From the NCBI GenBank assembly GCA_951406725.2, contig OX597824.1, positions 30,504,001 through 30,568,000 on the forward strand: a stretch of 64,000 nucleotides of DNA. Direction: 5' to 3'. A program made the translations under genes and the position numbers. Below, in pieces: positions 50,266 through 64,000 of the stretch; within the stretch, counting starts at the first letter, position 1; each line of letters starts with the position of its first letter. Below the pieces are notes generated by a model that searched no databases, had not been told where the DNA came from, and saw nothing but the letters and a program-made list of their open reading frames with translations. The stretch is from Octopus vulgaris (lineage: Eukaryota).

Positions 50266-53200
50266 AGCTAGAAGAAATGCTGCTGAGCTTAAACTTTCTC
50301 AGAAATTATGGATGAATGGAAGCATGTTGAACCAATCCACAAACAAAATACCTGCAGCAAATACAAACTAACAATTTCTGAGGTAACATGTTAGCTCAAT
50401 TCTTTATCAGTTCCACCATATATCTTTCAAAACTGTAAAATGATACACAAAACTGAAAGTTCGTAATTTACAGTGAGAGGCATGGATGTTGCAACTGTGC
50501 CAACATTTTTTCTATCACAAAAAAAAAAAACAGTTCAAAGCAGCATAAATAATCAGGTTTTGATCTTTCAAGAGAGTTCAAACATCAATGACAGGTTAAA
50601 AAGTAAATAAATAAATAAACACCTAAATTGATAATTTTTGCCAATAAATTTGCACTTAGCATTAGCATGCAACAACAGATATTTTGTATAACTTTACTAC
50701 CAGGCATTAAACATTAATTAGGGAAGAAAATGTATATATTATTGATACAGAAAGCTGTTAAAATACCTAGTCAACAGCTACCATTATACACAATAAGAAC
50801 AAAAATAAAGGAAAATGGCCAACTACATTCCAGATTGAACATACAACTAGAAAAACAAAATATAATGGGAGTAGTAGTGATTTGAGTCATAAAGATTGTG
50901 TAAGAGAGATTGATTGTGAAATCTTTGAGAAACAGATTTGAATCTTCATTAAATGTAATAACACCTTCACTGGGATTTGAACTCACAAAAAACTACAAAA
51001 CTGATTTTTTTTTTTTTTTTTCATTTGACCATTGTATGTTAATGTAAGCAATAAGTACTTCCTCTTTTAGCATCATTTTAAAAAGTTGTCTGAAGGCAAA
51101 TGAACTATTATTAGGTTTATCGATCCATTAGGATGAAAATTAAAACTGTTAGTCTTGACTTGATGGGATTTTGAGCTCAGAAACTATAGTCAGTCCAGAT
51201 CTGCTTGTTATATGCCAGTCCTTTTGTTCTTAACAATGACAAGAGAGAATAAAGAACACTACATGCTCAATAGATCAACCAATCAACCAAAACAAACATA
51301 TTTTCTTTGTTTTATTTTAATTCCATTTCCATCTTGGATGCATTATAAGGATATAAATCAACCCAGTACTTGAACAGAACTTTATTTTACCAACAGTGGA
51401 CTTCATATTTCAACACAATTAAAAATAGATTTAATAGAAGAAAAAAATTCAAGAAAAAAAATGCCTTTTGAAAATCATCATCATCGTCTAACGTCCACTT
51501 TCCATGCTAGCATGTTGATTAAAAATGAGAAAAAAGAATTAAATTCAAAAACATCTAAAAGTTATTTATGCTACAGCAAAATCATCTTTTTATAAACGAG
51601 ATTGATAATTATTTTTCAGTTACAATAATAATTTATCAAACCTAAAGAAACGTCACAATGCCTATAATAAGGTTTGGTCATATGTGCAGTGGGTTAGGGG
51701 TCTAGAATTACCAACCCCTCAAACCTATAAATATGTACATGCAGAAACACAGTACATATATTATGTAAAGTACTTTCAATAAAATATGAAATACAAAATC
51801 GAAACGGCATATCAAAAAGGGCAAATAGGGCTTGATAGTGTAGTAAAATTATAATACATCTACTGAAAAGCATTAAAGGTAAAAAAATTTAGGAGGGGGT
51901 TAATCAATGAAACCAACCCCAGTACTTAACTGGTATTTTATTTTATCAACCCCATAACATAAAGAGCTACATGGCATTTTATCAAACACTAACAACTCTG
52001 GCAATTGACTAATAATAATAATCCTTTCTACTTTAGGCACAAGGCCTGAAATTTTAGGGGAGGGGGTTATTGATTACATCACCCTAGTGCTCAACTGGTA
52101 TTAATTTCATCAACCCTAAAAAGATGAAAGGTAAAGTCAACCTCAGCTGAATTTGAACTAAATGGCACTAAGCATGCTAACAATTCTGCCAGCTTGCCGC
52201 AGCAATAATAATAATAAAGAGCTAATCAAGTTTACAAACAATATTAATGATATTATTGCTCTTTTCAGTATGCACACATGCTCAAAATGTTCATTCTACT
52301 GACATGTTAAGCTAAACAGGAACTTTCTCCTGATTTCTATTTGCCATAAACATATTCCTATAAAATCAGTGACTGAAAGTAGGTTGGCTGGAAAAGATGG
52401 CACTTGAAAATTTGCATCAAAGCAGTCACTTTAAAACACCAAAGAGAAATACATGAATGATAAAAAATTTCTGTTTGCCTGTTAAGATAAAGGTGGTGAT
52501 AGAGATTGCATTCTCATGTAAATTTAGTAAATCAATAGAAATATTTTTAAAAATCAGGCCTTAAATCTATATTATAAATTTAATAACCTCCATGGCACTG
52601 CAATAAGAAGCAGTGGTGTCTTTCAATTCAAAAGATGGAATTTATAAAAACAAATACAAAAGCAGAACTTAAAGTACTGACTATTTCACTGAATCTAAAT
52701 GTACTTTAGATAAAACAACAAAAATTTTTACATTTATCCCAAATAATGGTTTCTATAACAACTGATTCTAATCAACTTATTTTTCCAGAAATATATTCTG
52801 AAAATAAACACCAAAAAAGAATAGAGTTTTAGCATGGAAATTGCATCAATGATCAATCTAAGATTAGAATAAGAGAAAAGGGTGTACAAAGTACATTGCA
52901 GTCAGAGAGAATAGAAAAAATGCAATAATCTGATGATTATTGATGCTATTGTTAATGCTGATACTATTTATTGTCACATTTAATAGCAATGTCTTATATT
53001 TTCACCTCTTCTATTGCTGTTCGTTATAATTAACAGTTCAAGAAAACAGAAATGCTGTCTTTTTGAGTTTTCTTTTGTTGTTGCTGGGTTTTTTTTTATA
53101 TAATTCTGCAAAGTATCTGTTTCTTGCACCAGATTTGTGTATAATGCAACATCTTCAGACACAAATAAGAGATAAATTCTTCAAAAGAAGCGATACCAAT

Positions 53201-54799
53201 TCGATGACAATAATACCACTCAGCTTTTAGTATTCACACAATTTTTAGTTTTTATTAGTTTTCCATCTTATTATTTAACAAAAGTCCTAAGTGATATGAA
53301 AATGTTGAGAAAATTTCTTTTTTATTTCTTATATAAGTAAAAATATTGAGAAAAAAATTACAACTTAAAAATTCTAATAAGAAGAAAATGGAGAGGGGAA
53401 AAAGAAAATATAGAAAAACCAAAAGAGAGAGCAAGAATGATATAAAAGAAATAGCACTTAAAAGCAATTTTAAGAATGCTTGTTATTAAATATTAATAAT
53501 GATAGACTGTATAGAGTTTTTAATGAAGTGCTTCAAAATGTAATGGCTAACAGAAATGAAGAGAATTTGAAGAGAAAACATGAAGGGTTGGGTGGTAAAA
53601 TAAGGATAGGGTTAAGTAAGGTCAAAAGGAAAGACAACACTTTGCTGATAGAGAATATTAACAACTTTTACATAAGTATTCACAAGAGGAAGAGAAAAAT
53701 AATGACAGAAGCATCATTATGGTTGAAACTAAGTATCAGATATGCATTGGAAGAAGAAATATAAAAAAAGTGTGCATAGAAAACTAGGATGTTGATATTA
53801 CTGAATTTGGTGAATGATATTTATTTTAATAGATTAGAACATGGCATAATATATGAAAAAAATAAATAAATAAAGAGAAATTTCACTTATAATTAGAGAG
53901 TAAAAAGACTGATTTATACTATCTAACAGCATTTAATGTAACTTACAATACGGTAATAAACCGTAGAGCTAAAAGCTAGTTAAGCTGCATCTGAAAAGAC
54001 TCACCAGCAAAATCATACTGAACTAGCAGTACCCATGGAAATTCCATGGTTATTTTGAAAATTGTAAGATAGAACTGTATAATTTTATGAAGCATTTGAT
54101 TCTTGAGATGATAGAAAAGTCCACATGGGTAGTATTGAATGTACAATCTCAAGAAACATCTCTGAAAGCTATAGTCTTATGCCTTCTACTTTGTGAGTTG
54201 CTATGTATTATTTTTATACTTTACATTAAAAAGTAAACAATCTCAACTATTAAACAGAATCAAAGCCATTATCTATAATATTCTGCTACTGTACTTTGCC
54301 AAAGTTTTAGCAAATCATAATAAAGCTATTTGAAAAACTATAAAAATGCCTTACCCTAAAACCTTCTCAGTCTTTCTCTTTTTAAGAGAAAGACCGAGAG
54401 ATTTAGGTTTACTTTAATATATCATTGTCCATATTTTATAATGAAATATAGGTTTCAATTGAGCTGACGATAATTGCATTAAAGCCATGTGTTAAGTGAA
54501 GAGCAATATAAAAAAAAAATACATTGTTTACTGTCCAACACCATTACCCAATATTCCTATTGAGACTGCAATGACCAGAACTGATTAGAAACAAGGCTTA
54601 ATCCCAGTAATTTCCAAATCAAAATCATTTCATTTCAATTCAATTCAACTATCTGTCTGTCAGTTTGTATATCTTAATCTATCTGTATATCCATTGATAT
54701 ATCTGTAAACCTAGCTATCTATTTATCAATCTATCATAACTACTTTTCTTGTTATTGATGGTTGTATCTGTCTACTCCAACAATACAGATAAGCATTTA

Positions 54800-55097
54800 A
54801 CCCTCATCACATGACCAACCAGAATATGAGATATTGTTATACATCGCTGGTCACAATATGCTTTGCACTGTTTTAGTTTTTGAATGATGCCACCCCACTG
54901 GCTTGGCAAGCAGGTCAACATTCCTCCTGATCGGAAGGCTATTCCATTACAGGGTTACCCAATTACAGCCGAGTGGACTAGAGCAACATGAAATGAAGTG
55001 TTTTGTTCAAGAACAAAACACAGCCAGTCCGAGAATCGAAACCATGACCATGATCGTGAGCACAACATACCTAACCACTAGGCCACATGCCTTCACA
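54800..55097 (-). mobile_element. tRNA-derived SINE (family C)
   Basis: Minus head GAAGGCATGTGGCCTAGTGGTTAGG…GGTTTCGATTCTCGG; body shared with 27290-27513. Confidence 0.8.
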
Positions 55098-55291
55098 TTT
55101 AAACCTAATAACAGGAGAAAAAAAAAAACAAACTCAATAACAATGGTACTCCAGTATAGCAACAGCCTTTGAGCTGGAACACTATTTTAAAACTATATAA
55201 AATTCAATGGCTAATTAGAATATTTTCATTCTTACAAACATGACGAAAACATTGAAAATGTTTGGCGTTACAACAAAAATAACTTATCCAT

Positions 55292-55700
55292 AGGCGCAGG
55301 GGTGGCTGTGTGGTAAGTAGCTTGTCTACCGACCGCATGGTTCCGGGTTCAGTCCCACTGCGTGACACCTTGGGCAAGTGTTTTCTACTATAGCCTCGGG
55401 CCGACCAAAGCCTTGTGAGTGGATTTGGTAGACGGAAACTGAAAGAAGCCTGTCGTATATATGTATATATATATAAATATGCGTGTGTGTGTTTGTGTGT
55501 CTGTTTGTCCCCTAGCATTGCTTGACAACCGATGCTGGTGTGTTTATGTCCCCGTTACTTAGCGGTTCGGCAAAAGAGACCGATAGAATAAGTACTGGGC
55601 TTACAAAAGAATAAGTCCCGGGGTCGAGTTGCTCGATTAAAGGCGGTGCTCCAGCATGGCCGCAGTCAAATGACTGAAACAAGTAAAAGAGTAAAAAGAG
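55292..55700 (+). mobile_element. Young full-length SINE family A
   Basis: tRNA-like head GGCGCAGGGGTGGCTGTGTGGTAAG…GGTTCAGTCCCACTGCG, CORE-like CACCTTGGGCAAGTG, internal microsatellite and (AAAGAGT)n-like tail; CpGs intact. Confidence 0.9.
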
Positions 55701-57126
55701 TAAAGAGAGTGTGGAAAAAAAAAGAGATAGGTAAAGAAATAAAAAAAAAAACACAAAAGAAATACTGATTACCCATAGAGATGACTCACGTGTTTAACAA
55801 TCATATTTTGCAGCCTCTAACTATTGTTAGACTTTTTCTTATTCAGAGGGTACAATTTCTAGTGGACTAATTAGTACAGACTAGTTCTAAAGTAACCTTT
55901 TCAGATAACTATACTGCAAAAGGCTGTTATGAAACAGAAACCAGTCATATGATTTCTCTTGCAAAATTCTGATATGAAATAAAAGGACATAAACAAAGAG
56001 AAATTATACACACTACTCACACATGCATATATGCATGTGTGAGTGTTGCATGTGTATACTAAGTGAGACAAGGACAAGATGAGAAAACATATGGGTTTAT
56101 TATATGTGTGTATGTCATGAGTGTATTTACATGCATCATGTACATTCTAAATTCTTAGGATCTGAGAAATGAGCTTGGAATCAAAATTACACATTGAGAG
56201 ACTCCGAGATTAAAATGGTTAATGATGATACTACACAAGGAAAGAATAATACTGTTTAAGATTGATAATCAGTGAAATACTATTCCTAAAATGGTTATTC
56301 TTGGCTATTAGTTGCAGTGGATCTATGAGAACAGAGCCATTTGAATTAATGATCTGACATTGTAGGGTAGTCAAATCTCAGTGTCTGTTTCCATAGTAAA
56401 GTAATATGAACATTAATAATATCCAAGCAACAAAAAAAAAAAAAGAAACCCTCAATTTGATAGGAAAACTTTCATTTGCTGAAACTTCTGGCCCACTGTC
56501 CAGATTGATCAAATGATCAATCGTTCTATATCTCTCAGCTACTACATCACTCTGCTCTTCTGAATTGGCTCATACTTAAGAGAAAAAGAAAAAAAAAGAA
56601 ACAATGCCCAAGGAACTGCATTGCCAAATCAATTAACAAAGTCCACAAATTTGAATACTGCATTAAGTCTGTGTATGAGGTGATCTTTTGACCCTAGAAT
56701 ATCCTCCTAAAATAGAGGATTGCCTTATACTCTCTTGGTATAAAATATAAACCTTAAATCCTATGTTGTCCTGGGTGATGGCTGACAATGGGTTAACCCC
56801 AGCCTATGTAGAAATACTGACAAATATTTTTTACTGAAATAACTTGATCACATTAATAAAATAAAATAGTGTAGTGCAATATAAGTACTCTTATCTTGTA
56901 TAATATACAGTATGATAGCACAACAATAAACTGAATATTTATCAAGAAAGAAATCTAATCACGTTACCATATGCAAAAGCCAAGTAGAAATACTAGAAAC
57001 AAAACAACTGCTAACCATGGGTGAGTTTTCCTCACACCACTTCACCAGAGTGCTCTACCATTTGTATTCAAGAAAAAAGATGTATATGACAATAGCTGTA
57101 TAGGATGGTGATGGTACTTTAACATA

Positions 57127-57349
57127 AGAAGGCGGTGAGGTTAGCATGCCGGGCGAAATACTTAGCAGTATTTCATCTGCTGCTATGATCTGAGTTCAAA
57201 TTCCGCCGAGGTCGACTTGCCTTTCATCCTTTCGGGGTCGATTAAATAAGTACCAGTTACGCACTGGGGTCGATATAATCGACTTAATCCGTTTGTCTGT
57301 CCTTGTTTATCCTCTCTGTGTTTAGCCCCTTGTGGGTAGTAAAGAAATA
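57127..57349 (+). mobile_element. Young SINE family B with a perfect 14-bp TSD
   Basis: TSD GGTACTTTAACATA at 57113-57126 and 57350-57363; B-box GAGTTCAAATTCC; central GGTCGACTTGCCTTTCATCCTTTCGGGGTCGATTAAATAAGTACC. Confidence 0.92.
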
Positions 57350-57734
57350 GGTACTTTAACATACTAGCCACATATTGTTAGTAAATAGCAGTATATCATG
57401 CTAATCAGTAGATGTTAGGCTTGCCTGTCACAAGATTCATATCTAATCTTGTTTAATGATAGCTACTCAGAAAGGGGCAAATCCTTATTTAATACAATCA
57501 TTCTCTAGGGTAAGCAGTAAATTTTGGGAAGCAACATAAGGCTGTAAGACAATATGATGTGACAGAAAAGATTATCCAAGACCAGATACTAAATGAAGAT
57601 ACTTTAAAGACCATGAAGCACAAAGTATTGACTGCAATTTGAAAATCACAGAGATATGTTGTGTGAACAATGTCAAAATAGTTATGTAGTGACATTAATG
57701 TAGACATTTTGTACTTCAGCTGACTAAATCTAAT

Positions 57735-58113
57735 CCAAATACCAACAAAAAATTCAAGGCTACCACATCCTAGAACTTACACTCACCTCCTTATGAGAGC
57801 TCAAAATATCTTGTGGAAGCGTCATCCAATCAAAGTATATATGGGAAATTACCACCTGTATCATCTCTTGTGAAAGGTAGAAGAGTCCAGTATGCTGGAC
57901 ATTGTTGTAGAGCTAAAAATGAGGTAATTTCTACTCTTCTCCTCTGGAAGCCATCTGCTTGCGATACCAGAGGGGGCACACTCTCCTACCCTGATGTATT
58001 CTCTAGGGATACAGGCATCCAGCAACAGGACCTCCATAATGCTATGATGGACTGTGAAGTCTGGTGTAACATAGTAAATTCCATTGTCTCAACCACGGTC
58101 AAACAATGATGAT
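57735..58113 (+). mobile_element. RTE-group LINE 3' end (a second family)
   Basis: IYGKLPPVSSLVKGRRVQYAGHCCRAKNEVISTLLLWKP…AMMDCEVW, followed by (TGA)n. Confidence 0.85.
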
Positions 58114-59453
58114 GTATGTATTAGATTCATGAAATGGAATAATCTGGTGCTTAAAAAATGGAAACTTTATGAAAATACAGGCAGATCTCAAACAGCAAAA
58201 AAAGTAATACATTAATACACCAACACAAGGAATGCAACTATGCTTTAAGTAACATAGTAAATATGGATGAAAACCTATGAAATTTTATGTGAAAGTGTAA
58301 TAAATACTAGTTAAAACAACAGGAAGTAAAAAGTTAAAGTTTTGAAGTTGTACTAGCATGTACGACTAATAGTGCCGAATTAAAACCAATGATCATTTCA
58401 AGAAATAATGAAAATCAAGTAGCCTGTCAAAGTTTTTGCACATACCAACACAAAAGTGGAACAGATGAAGAGATTAAAGTGACCAATGATGCATGAACTG
58501 GAGAGGGTAGAAGGATTAGGAAAAGAGTGGAACAGAGTGACAAGCTAGTAATAATGATACAGTTTACAGGAAGAGGACAAGAGAGATCAATAACATTGAT
58601 ATCCTTTATCCTCAGAAAAAATTAGTATTGAATCTACCAAAAGAATATCATTGATGAATCACAGAATTAAAGATAATTTAAACATCCGGAAAACTATAGA
58701 AAACAAGAAGTTGGTGAACTGCCAAATAATGTCATGCATAAAGATTCAAATACAGCCACGGTTGACTTCTCCTTTCATCTTTCCTGGATCAATCAATGAA
58801 TAAGTGCTAGTCAAATGGTAGGGGTGGATGAGAATGATGATCTAAATTAAACTCTTCTTGAAACTGTGTGGCCTTATAATGAAATTATAAATAATTGCTC
58901 TTCATGGTGAGCCAAACTGAAGTGATAAGCAACTATGTGTAGTGTTATGATAACTATCAATGGGTTTATACAGAGGCAACAAGTTTTAATATTTGAACTT
59001 AATTTAAACAATTTCAAGGATAAACTTTCTCAGTGTTAGAAAACACTGTACATTCCTTCACTACTGTGTGCTGCTAATACCATGGTGACCAGATTCTTGA
59101 GTATTCAAACCAATGGATTTAGCAATGGATTATTCCTTAGACTATTTAGTTTACAAGATAATTACAATATTTTAAAAGAAAGTGCAGATTGATTTTTTTC
59201 TTTCATTCCTTTATTGACTAGCTTTATAGAGTCATGTTTACAATAGAGGAAGTTACTTGCACACTGCATTCTACATTCTCTGCAGCTTTGAATTCATATG
59301 CTAGCCAAGGAGAATCAATTAACTTTCTTCAAAAGATGTCATGTGACCAGTTTAACAGATAATTAAAGCATAAATACATCATTTTCAGAATGTCTAATGT
59401 TAGATTTACTGGACATCAGCCACAATACAACTAATAAGTGGACAACATAGTGT

Positions 59454-59492
59454 TATATATATATATATATATATACATACATACACACACAC

Positions 59493-59532
<40 letters not shown>

Positions 59533-59545
59533 CATACACACACAC

Positions 59546-59583
<38 letters not shown>
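59454..59583. repeat. Duplicated (TA)n-CATACATACACACACACATT compound microsatellite
   Basis: Two near-identical blocks are visible. Confidence 0.85.
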
Positions 59584-59586
<3 letters not shown>

Positions 59587-59719
59587 ATGAACACTACCAT
59601 GACAAAAGCACTTTTAGGCAACTACATATAAGGTTTCAGGTTCAGTCTTCTATAGCCCCAGGCCAACCAAAGCCTTCTAAGTAGATTTGGGAAACAGAAA
59701 CTGAAAGAAACCCACTGTA

Positions 59720-60140
59720 TGCGTATATAGCTACATGGCTCATCTCACCTCCATAAAATGTTTACAAAAGCCATAATCACCAGACTATCGAAACACCTTG
59801 ATGATTAACAACTGAGTGTGCAAGAAGGTTTCCCTAAGAGCTACAGTACAATGGATTATGCATTCACTCTAATACAGCTTGTAGACCCACCATATGAATA
59901 AAATCTGCCTCTGTGGATCACTTTCATTGACTACAAAAACGCCTTTGATAGCATCAAAATGAACATGCTGATATCTCTGGAAATGCAACACATCAAACCA
60001 CTCAAAGATGTGAACTCTGGATGTACAACTGATATGGCTCAGCTATTGCCATCAATAAGAGTTCCAATAGGCAAGTGTGTCAAACAAGGAGAGACCATCT
60101 CTCCTATGTTCTTCACCACATGTTGATAAGCAGTCATCTG
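59720..60140 (+). mobile_element. RTE-clade reverse transcriptase relic
   Basis: HLHKMFTKAIITRLSKHLDD*QLSVQEGFPKSYSTMDYAFTL…ITFIDYKNAFDSI…VKQGETISPMFF. Confidence 0.85.
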
Positions 60141-60945
60141 ATCAATTTGTCTAGTAAATGCCATTAAACAGAGTTCAACCTCTGCTAATTAACATAAGCT
60201 ACTAAAACTTGATATAGTTTTTGTAAGTACCATCTTATTTGCTGAAGTTGAACATTACACCATAGCTATAAAGTATTTTTACAGAAAATACTAGATATAA
60301 TTGTTTTTAAATACAAATTTCAGATTTACTATGCAGTTTAGAAGAAATACCCACAAAGAAAACAAAAGCTATTTCAAAATCGAAGCAGTAAGCACACCCC
60401 ATGTTAACATGGGAAGATGGAAAATAATCAATACATATGATAGATATGGTTGGGATAGAATAAAAAAAAAAGATTCATTAATACCAATTCCAAAATTTGG
60501 GAAACTAGGAAATCTATCAAGAGGAAAAGTATCACTTGTAAAATCAAACATTTTTAGATGTGTTGTGTGGATTCTTTTTTTTTTTTTTAATTTTTTACGT
60601 TGTTTGGGAGATTCTGAAATTTGGTCGTGTGAATCTATCACCGGAGAAAGTATTTTCTAGTTGGATGCCCTCACTAAAATTAACCATTCAACTGTAAAGT
60701 TTGGCTGGCTAAGTAAGTAGAGCAAAGAAATAGTGTCTCTGTTAAGACCTTTCAATTGCAAAGCTGTAGAATTTTCAACTTTTCAATCAAACTATGTGTT
60801 TTCAGTAATCAATAACTTCTACAATAAGCACTTAACTTCTTTCATCTCTGCTCAGAGAACGTTATGAACTCTGCCTTTTTCTCAGTAAAATGCAATATAT
60901 ATATATTACGTACATACATATATACATATTATATACATACATATA

Positions 60946-61648
60946 TCATCATCATCATCGTTTAATGTCTGCTTTCCATGCTAGCATAGGTTGAATGATT
61001 TGACTAAGGGCTGGTGAAATAAATGGCTGCATTAGGCTCCAATCTGATCTGGCAGAGTTTCTACAGCTGGATGCCCTTCCTAATGCCTATCACTCTGAGA
61101 GTGTAGTGGGTGCTTTTATGTGCCACTGGCAGGAGGGCCAATCAGGTGGTACTTGCAACAGCCAGGTTCAAATGGTGTTTTTTATGTTCCACCTGCACAG
61201 GAGCCAGTCCAGAGGCACTGGCAACAACCTCGCTTGAATGCTTTTTCACGTGCCACCGGCAGGAAAGCTAGTCAGCTGCTCTGGCAACGATCACACTCGG
61301 ATGGTGCTCTTAGCGATCCACTGGCACGGGTGCCAGTTATGGAATTTGATTCAATTTCAATTTCCTCAACAGGTCTTCACAAGCAGAGTTTAGTGTTCAA
61401 TGAAGGAAAGATACGCATAAGTGAGCTGGTTACACCCCTCGCATAGGCCACAGGGTATGGTCTCACTTGGCTTGCCAGGTCTTCTCACACACTGCATATT
61501 TCCAAAGGTCTTGATCACTAGTCATTGCCTCAGTGAGGCCTAATATTCGAAGGTCGTGCTTCACCACCTCATCCCAAGTCTTCCTGCATTTACCTCTTCC
61601 ACAGGTTCCCTCAACCACTAGGGTGTGGCACTTTTTCACACAGTTACC

Positions 61649-61650
<2 letters not shown>
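60946..61650 (-). mobile_element. RTE LINE 3' end with ORF2 C-terminus and internal tandem units
   Basis: VKKCHTLVVEGTCGRGKCRKTWDEVVKHDLRILGLTEAMTSDQDLWKYAVCEKTWQAK*; (CAT)n tail at 60946. Confidence 0.9.
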
Positions 61651-61692
<42 letters not shown>

Positions 61693-61789
61693 AATATTTT
61701 TATATTATATACATACATATATGTTATATACATATATATATATATATATATTATATACATACATATATATATATATATATTATAAAAAA

Positions 61790-63700
61790 TACAATGTCAC
61801 TATTACGGTGACATTGTCCATATGCAAATTTTTTTTGCATCCTAATTGTCTAAGGATGCCCCTGAGAGCCACCAGCTTTTACAAGAGTAGCTCCAAGAGT
61901 CATTACATACAGAAGGAAGAGAGCAGGTACCCTTGATCGACCAAGCATGATACTGAACAGTTCCAACGGTTTACTCTGACCACTGAGCAAATGGCACTGT
62001 ATATTGAAACAATCCAGCTTCTGAAAATGAGTCCCAAACAATCCACATTGAGGATAGCCACCAGGTATTGATGGCTGACCTTATCAAAAGCTTTTGAGTG
62101 ATCTAAATTAATCAGAGCCCCTTCCCATTACGGCTTCTTTACCCACTCTTTTTATGATGTATTACATGAGGTAGAGGATGTCATGGAGAGATCTGATTGG
62201 TATGGCACATCTGTGACTTACTTACCAGAGTATCAATGACAAGCACCCAACTCTTAGCTAACACCTTGGCCAAAAATCTTCAACTCTACATTTAACAGTT
62301 ACAAGCCTGAAGTTGTCAAAATCATCTTTCTTGTTCAAGTTCTTTCTCAACAGCACCGTCACACCTCTTTCTAAAGGACTGAGAATTCTCTGATTCAGCA
62401 GACAGTTGCAGAAGACATCTGCCATGAAGCCCCTGAACAGATCTGGCAAAAACAAAAATAAAGCACATAGGGCACACCATCTACCCCTAGTGAAGCCATT
62501 GCTTCCTACATTTCATCCATAGTTATCAGCCTTTCTCAGAACTAAGCATCCCTAACTCAGAGTCAAACCAAACCATCAAGGTAGGTAGTAATGTCTATCC
62601 TTATCTCCAACCTTCAACACACTCCAAACAATTAAGCAAAGTGCCCATGAAAAGTCACACACATCTGCTTAGAACTGAATAACAGGAGTTCCTTCCAATC
62701 TGTCAGAGGTCAAAATGTGGCTTTCTTGCCACATTACACTTTTGCCACCCAGGACCATCAAAAAGCTTTCATTTCCTCATGCCTTAAAGCAAGCACCCTA
62801 GTTGTCAATGCAGCCTTCATGTTTAGCATTGAAGAATTAGTCATGGGTCAACCTTGTTGCCAGCACATCAGTCGTAATACCTTTTCTAAGCACCTCTTTT
62901 AGGTCACAAACTGGCTCTCTCTTTACAATTCACTATTACTATTTCCTTACTACACTTTATCACCTCTAATAGCCCTGTTCAGGGTCAACCACCATCAGTT
63001 GTTAACAAGTGCCCCATCAGCTCCTTAACTTGTTGTCTAATTTGGCACACTGGAAAAACCTGTTCAATTTCCAGTAACCGAGTCCCTGTGTATGCAACCT
63101 CTCTAGGTTGGCTGTACAGATCACAAATTTGTAGTCTGTGAAGCCAATTGCTTAGAACTGTAGGTACCTTATGCTGTCCCTATCTGCTGACCCACTGAAT
63201 ACTTTAAGTAGATAGGATCTGGACAAGATACCAGCTGTCTGTGACCACATGGTGCAACCAGGAAATCCAATCGGTTCTTCTCAACCAACTGGAAATTAGT
63301 GAAGTCAGCAAGGCTTTTACACATCTGCCTCCCATCAGCTATCCCACACAATCCAAACATGCATCCAAGATGTCATTCCAATCACCCAGTGACACTAAAG
63401 AGCAGGATGTCTCCCGGAAACCTCCAGACACCTGAAGAAATGAGGTGGCTCCATCCCAGTACACAAGTCTAATGGTATTACCACCATTACCATTCACATC
63501 TAGAACCACTTGCTGTCTCAGTCCAATAAAATTGACTATAGCTTAAGGCCTAAAACCTTTTCCAAAACAGCACTAACACTCCATTCCAATATACTGAGTT
63601 GAGTGCGGGCTGCCAAGATTGCAGGGTCGCTAAAAATGTATCAGAAATCTTAGTCTTGCTGAGCCTACTGTTAACCTTTGTGCAGAAGCTTCTCATATAA
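61790..63700 (-). mobile_element. L1/Tx1-clade LINE ORF2 relic (APE endonuclease + RT)
   Basis: Minus-strand motifs across frameshifts: SRSYL, GFTDYKFV (SDH equivalent), PDLF…RGVTVLLRK..KKDDFDNFR, NLDHSKAFDKVSHQYL, VDQG..LS..LYVMTL, YMDNVTVI (YADD equivalent). Confidence 0.88.
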
Positions 63701-64000
63701 TAGGAAAAATTATCCTAATTATTTTGTATGCCTCCAAACCCAGCTTTATTCTCAAATTTTGTGGCCCTTTGAAAGTGCTGAACCAGAAGATCTCTACTTC
63801 TGTTTCAATGTTTTCTTTTTGTGCAATAAAGGATATTTTTTCATTCATACTCCTTATCAACACAAAGTTTTATAGTGGAGGGTGATTTTATGTTTGTGCC
63901 TATGTCCTACTGTTATTGCTGCTGACTGCTGTTTAGATGGGGGTTGTGAAGTCAGCAAGGGAGGACTCTTTTCTGTTTTTAGTTGAAAACAGAAAACTGG

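Noticed and set aside
55292-55365. tRNA gene-like sequences (also at 49863, 37290-37359 and 14582-14651)
   Set aside because: A and B boxes are present but cloverleaf pairing is broken and each continues into a repeat body; these are SINE-type heads.
56015-56044. Perfect 30-bp palindrome ACTCACACATGCATATATGCATGTGTGAGT
   Set aside because: Mostly alternating purine-pyrimidine microsatellite sequence, where such palindromes arise easily.

Overview
AT-rich eukaryotic (animal) DNA, almost all intronic or intergenic, and densely filled with decayed transposable elements and microsatellites. The repeat mix (tRNA-headed SINEs, RTE tails ending in (ATG)n, very abundant TA/CA/AAT microsatellites) looks like an octopod cephalopod genome; this is my inference. 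No intact protein-coding gene is visible, and most ORFs in the track are microsatellite or repeat artefacts. Recognisable relics: a DD36E Tc1-family transposase, two mariner/maT-like deletion derivatives, a Tigger-type MITE, an internally deleted piggyBac, a hAT MITE, a CRE-clade retrotransposon with a restriction-like endonuclease, L1/Tx1, CR1-like and RTE LINE fragments, many SINEs and a 5S rRNA pseudogene. The most interesting structure is a non-coding Penelope-like unit built as tRNA-like head + (AAT)n + hammerhead ribozyme tail. It is inserted twice (5644-6051 and 14322-14836) as a TSD-flanked, asymmetric inverted pair with the same architecture. A second, distinct minimal hammerhead lies at 46801-46838 (-). 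Several short exon candidates with good splice signals suggest an unidentified minus-strand host gene (low confidence). Repeat boundaries were read by eye and are approximate unless TSD or TIR coordinates are given.
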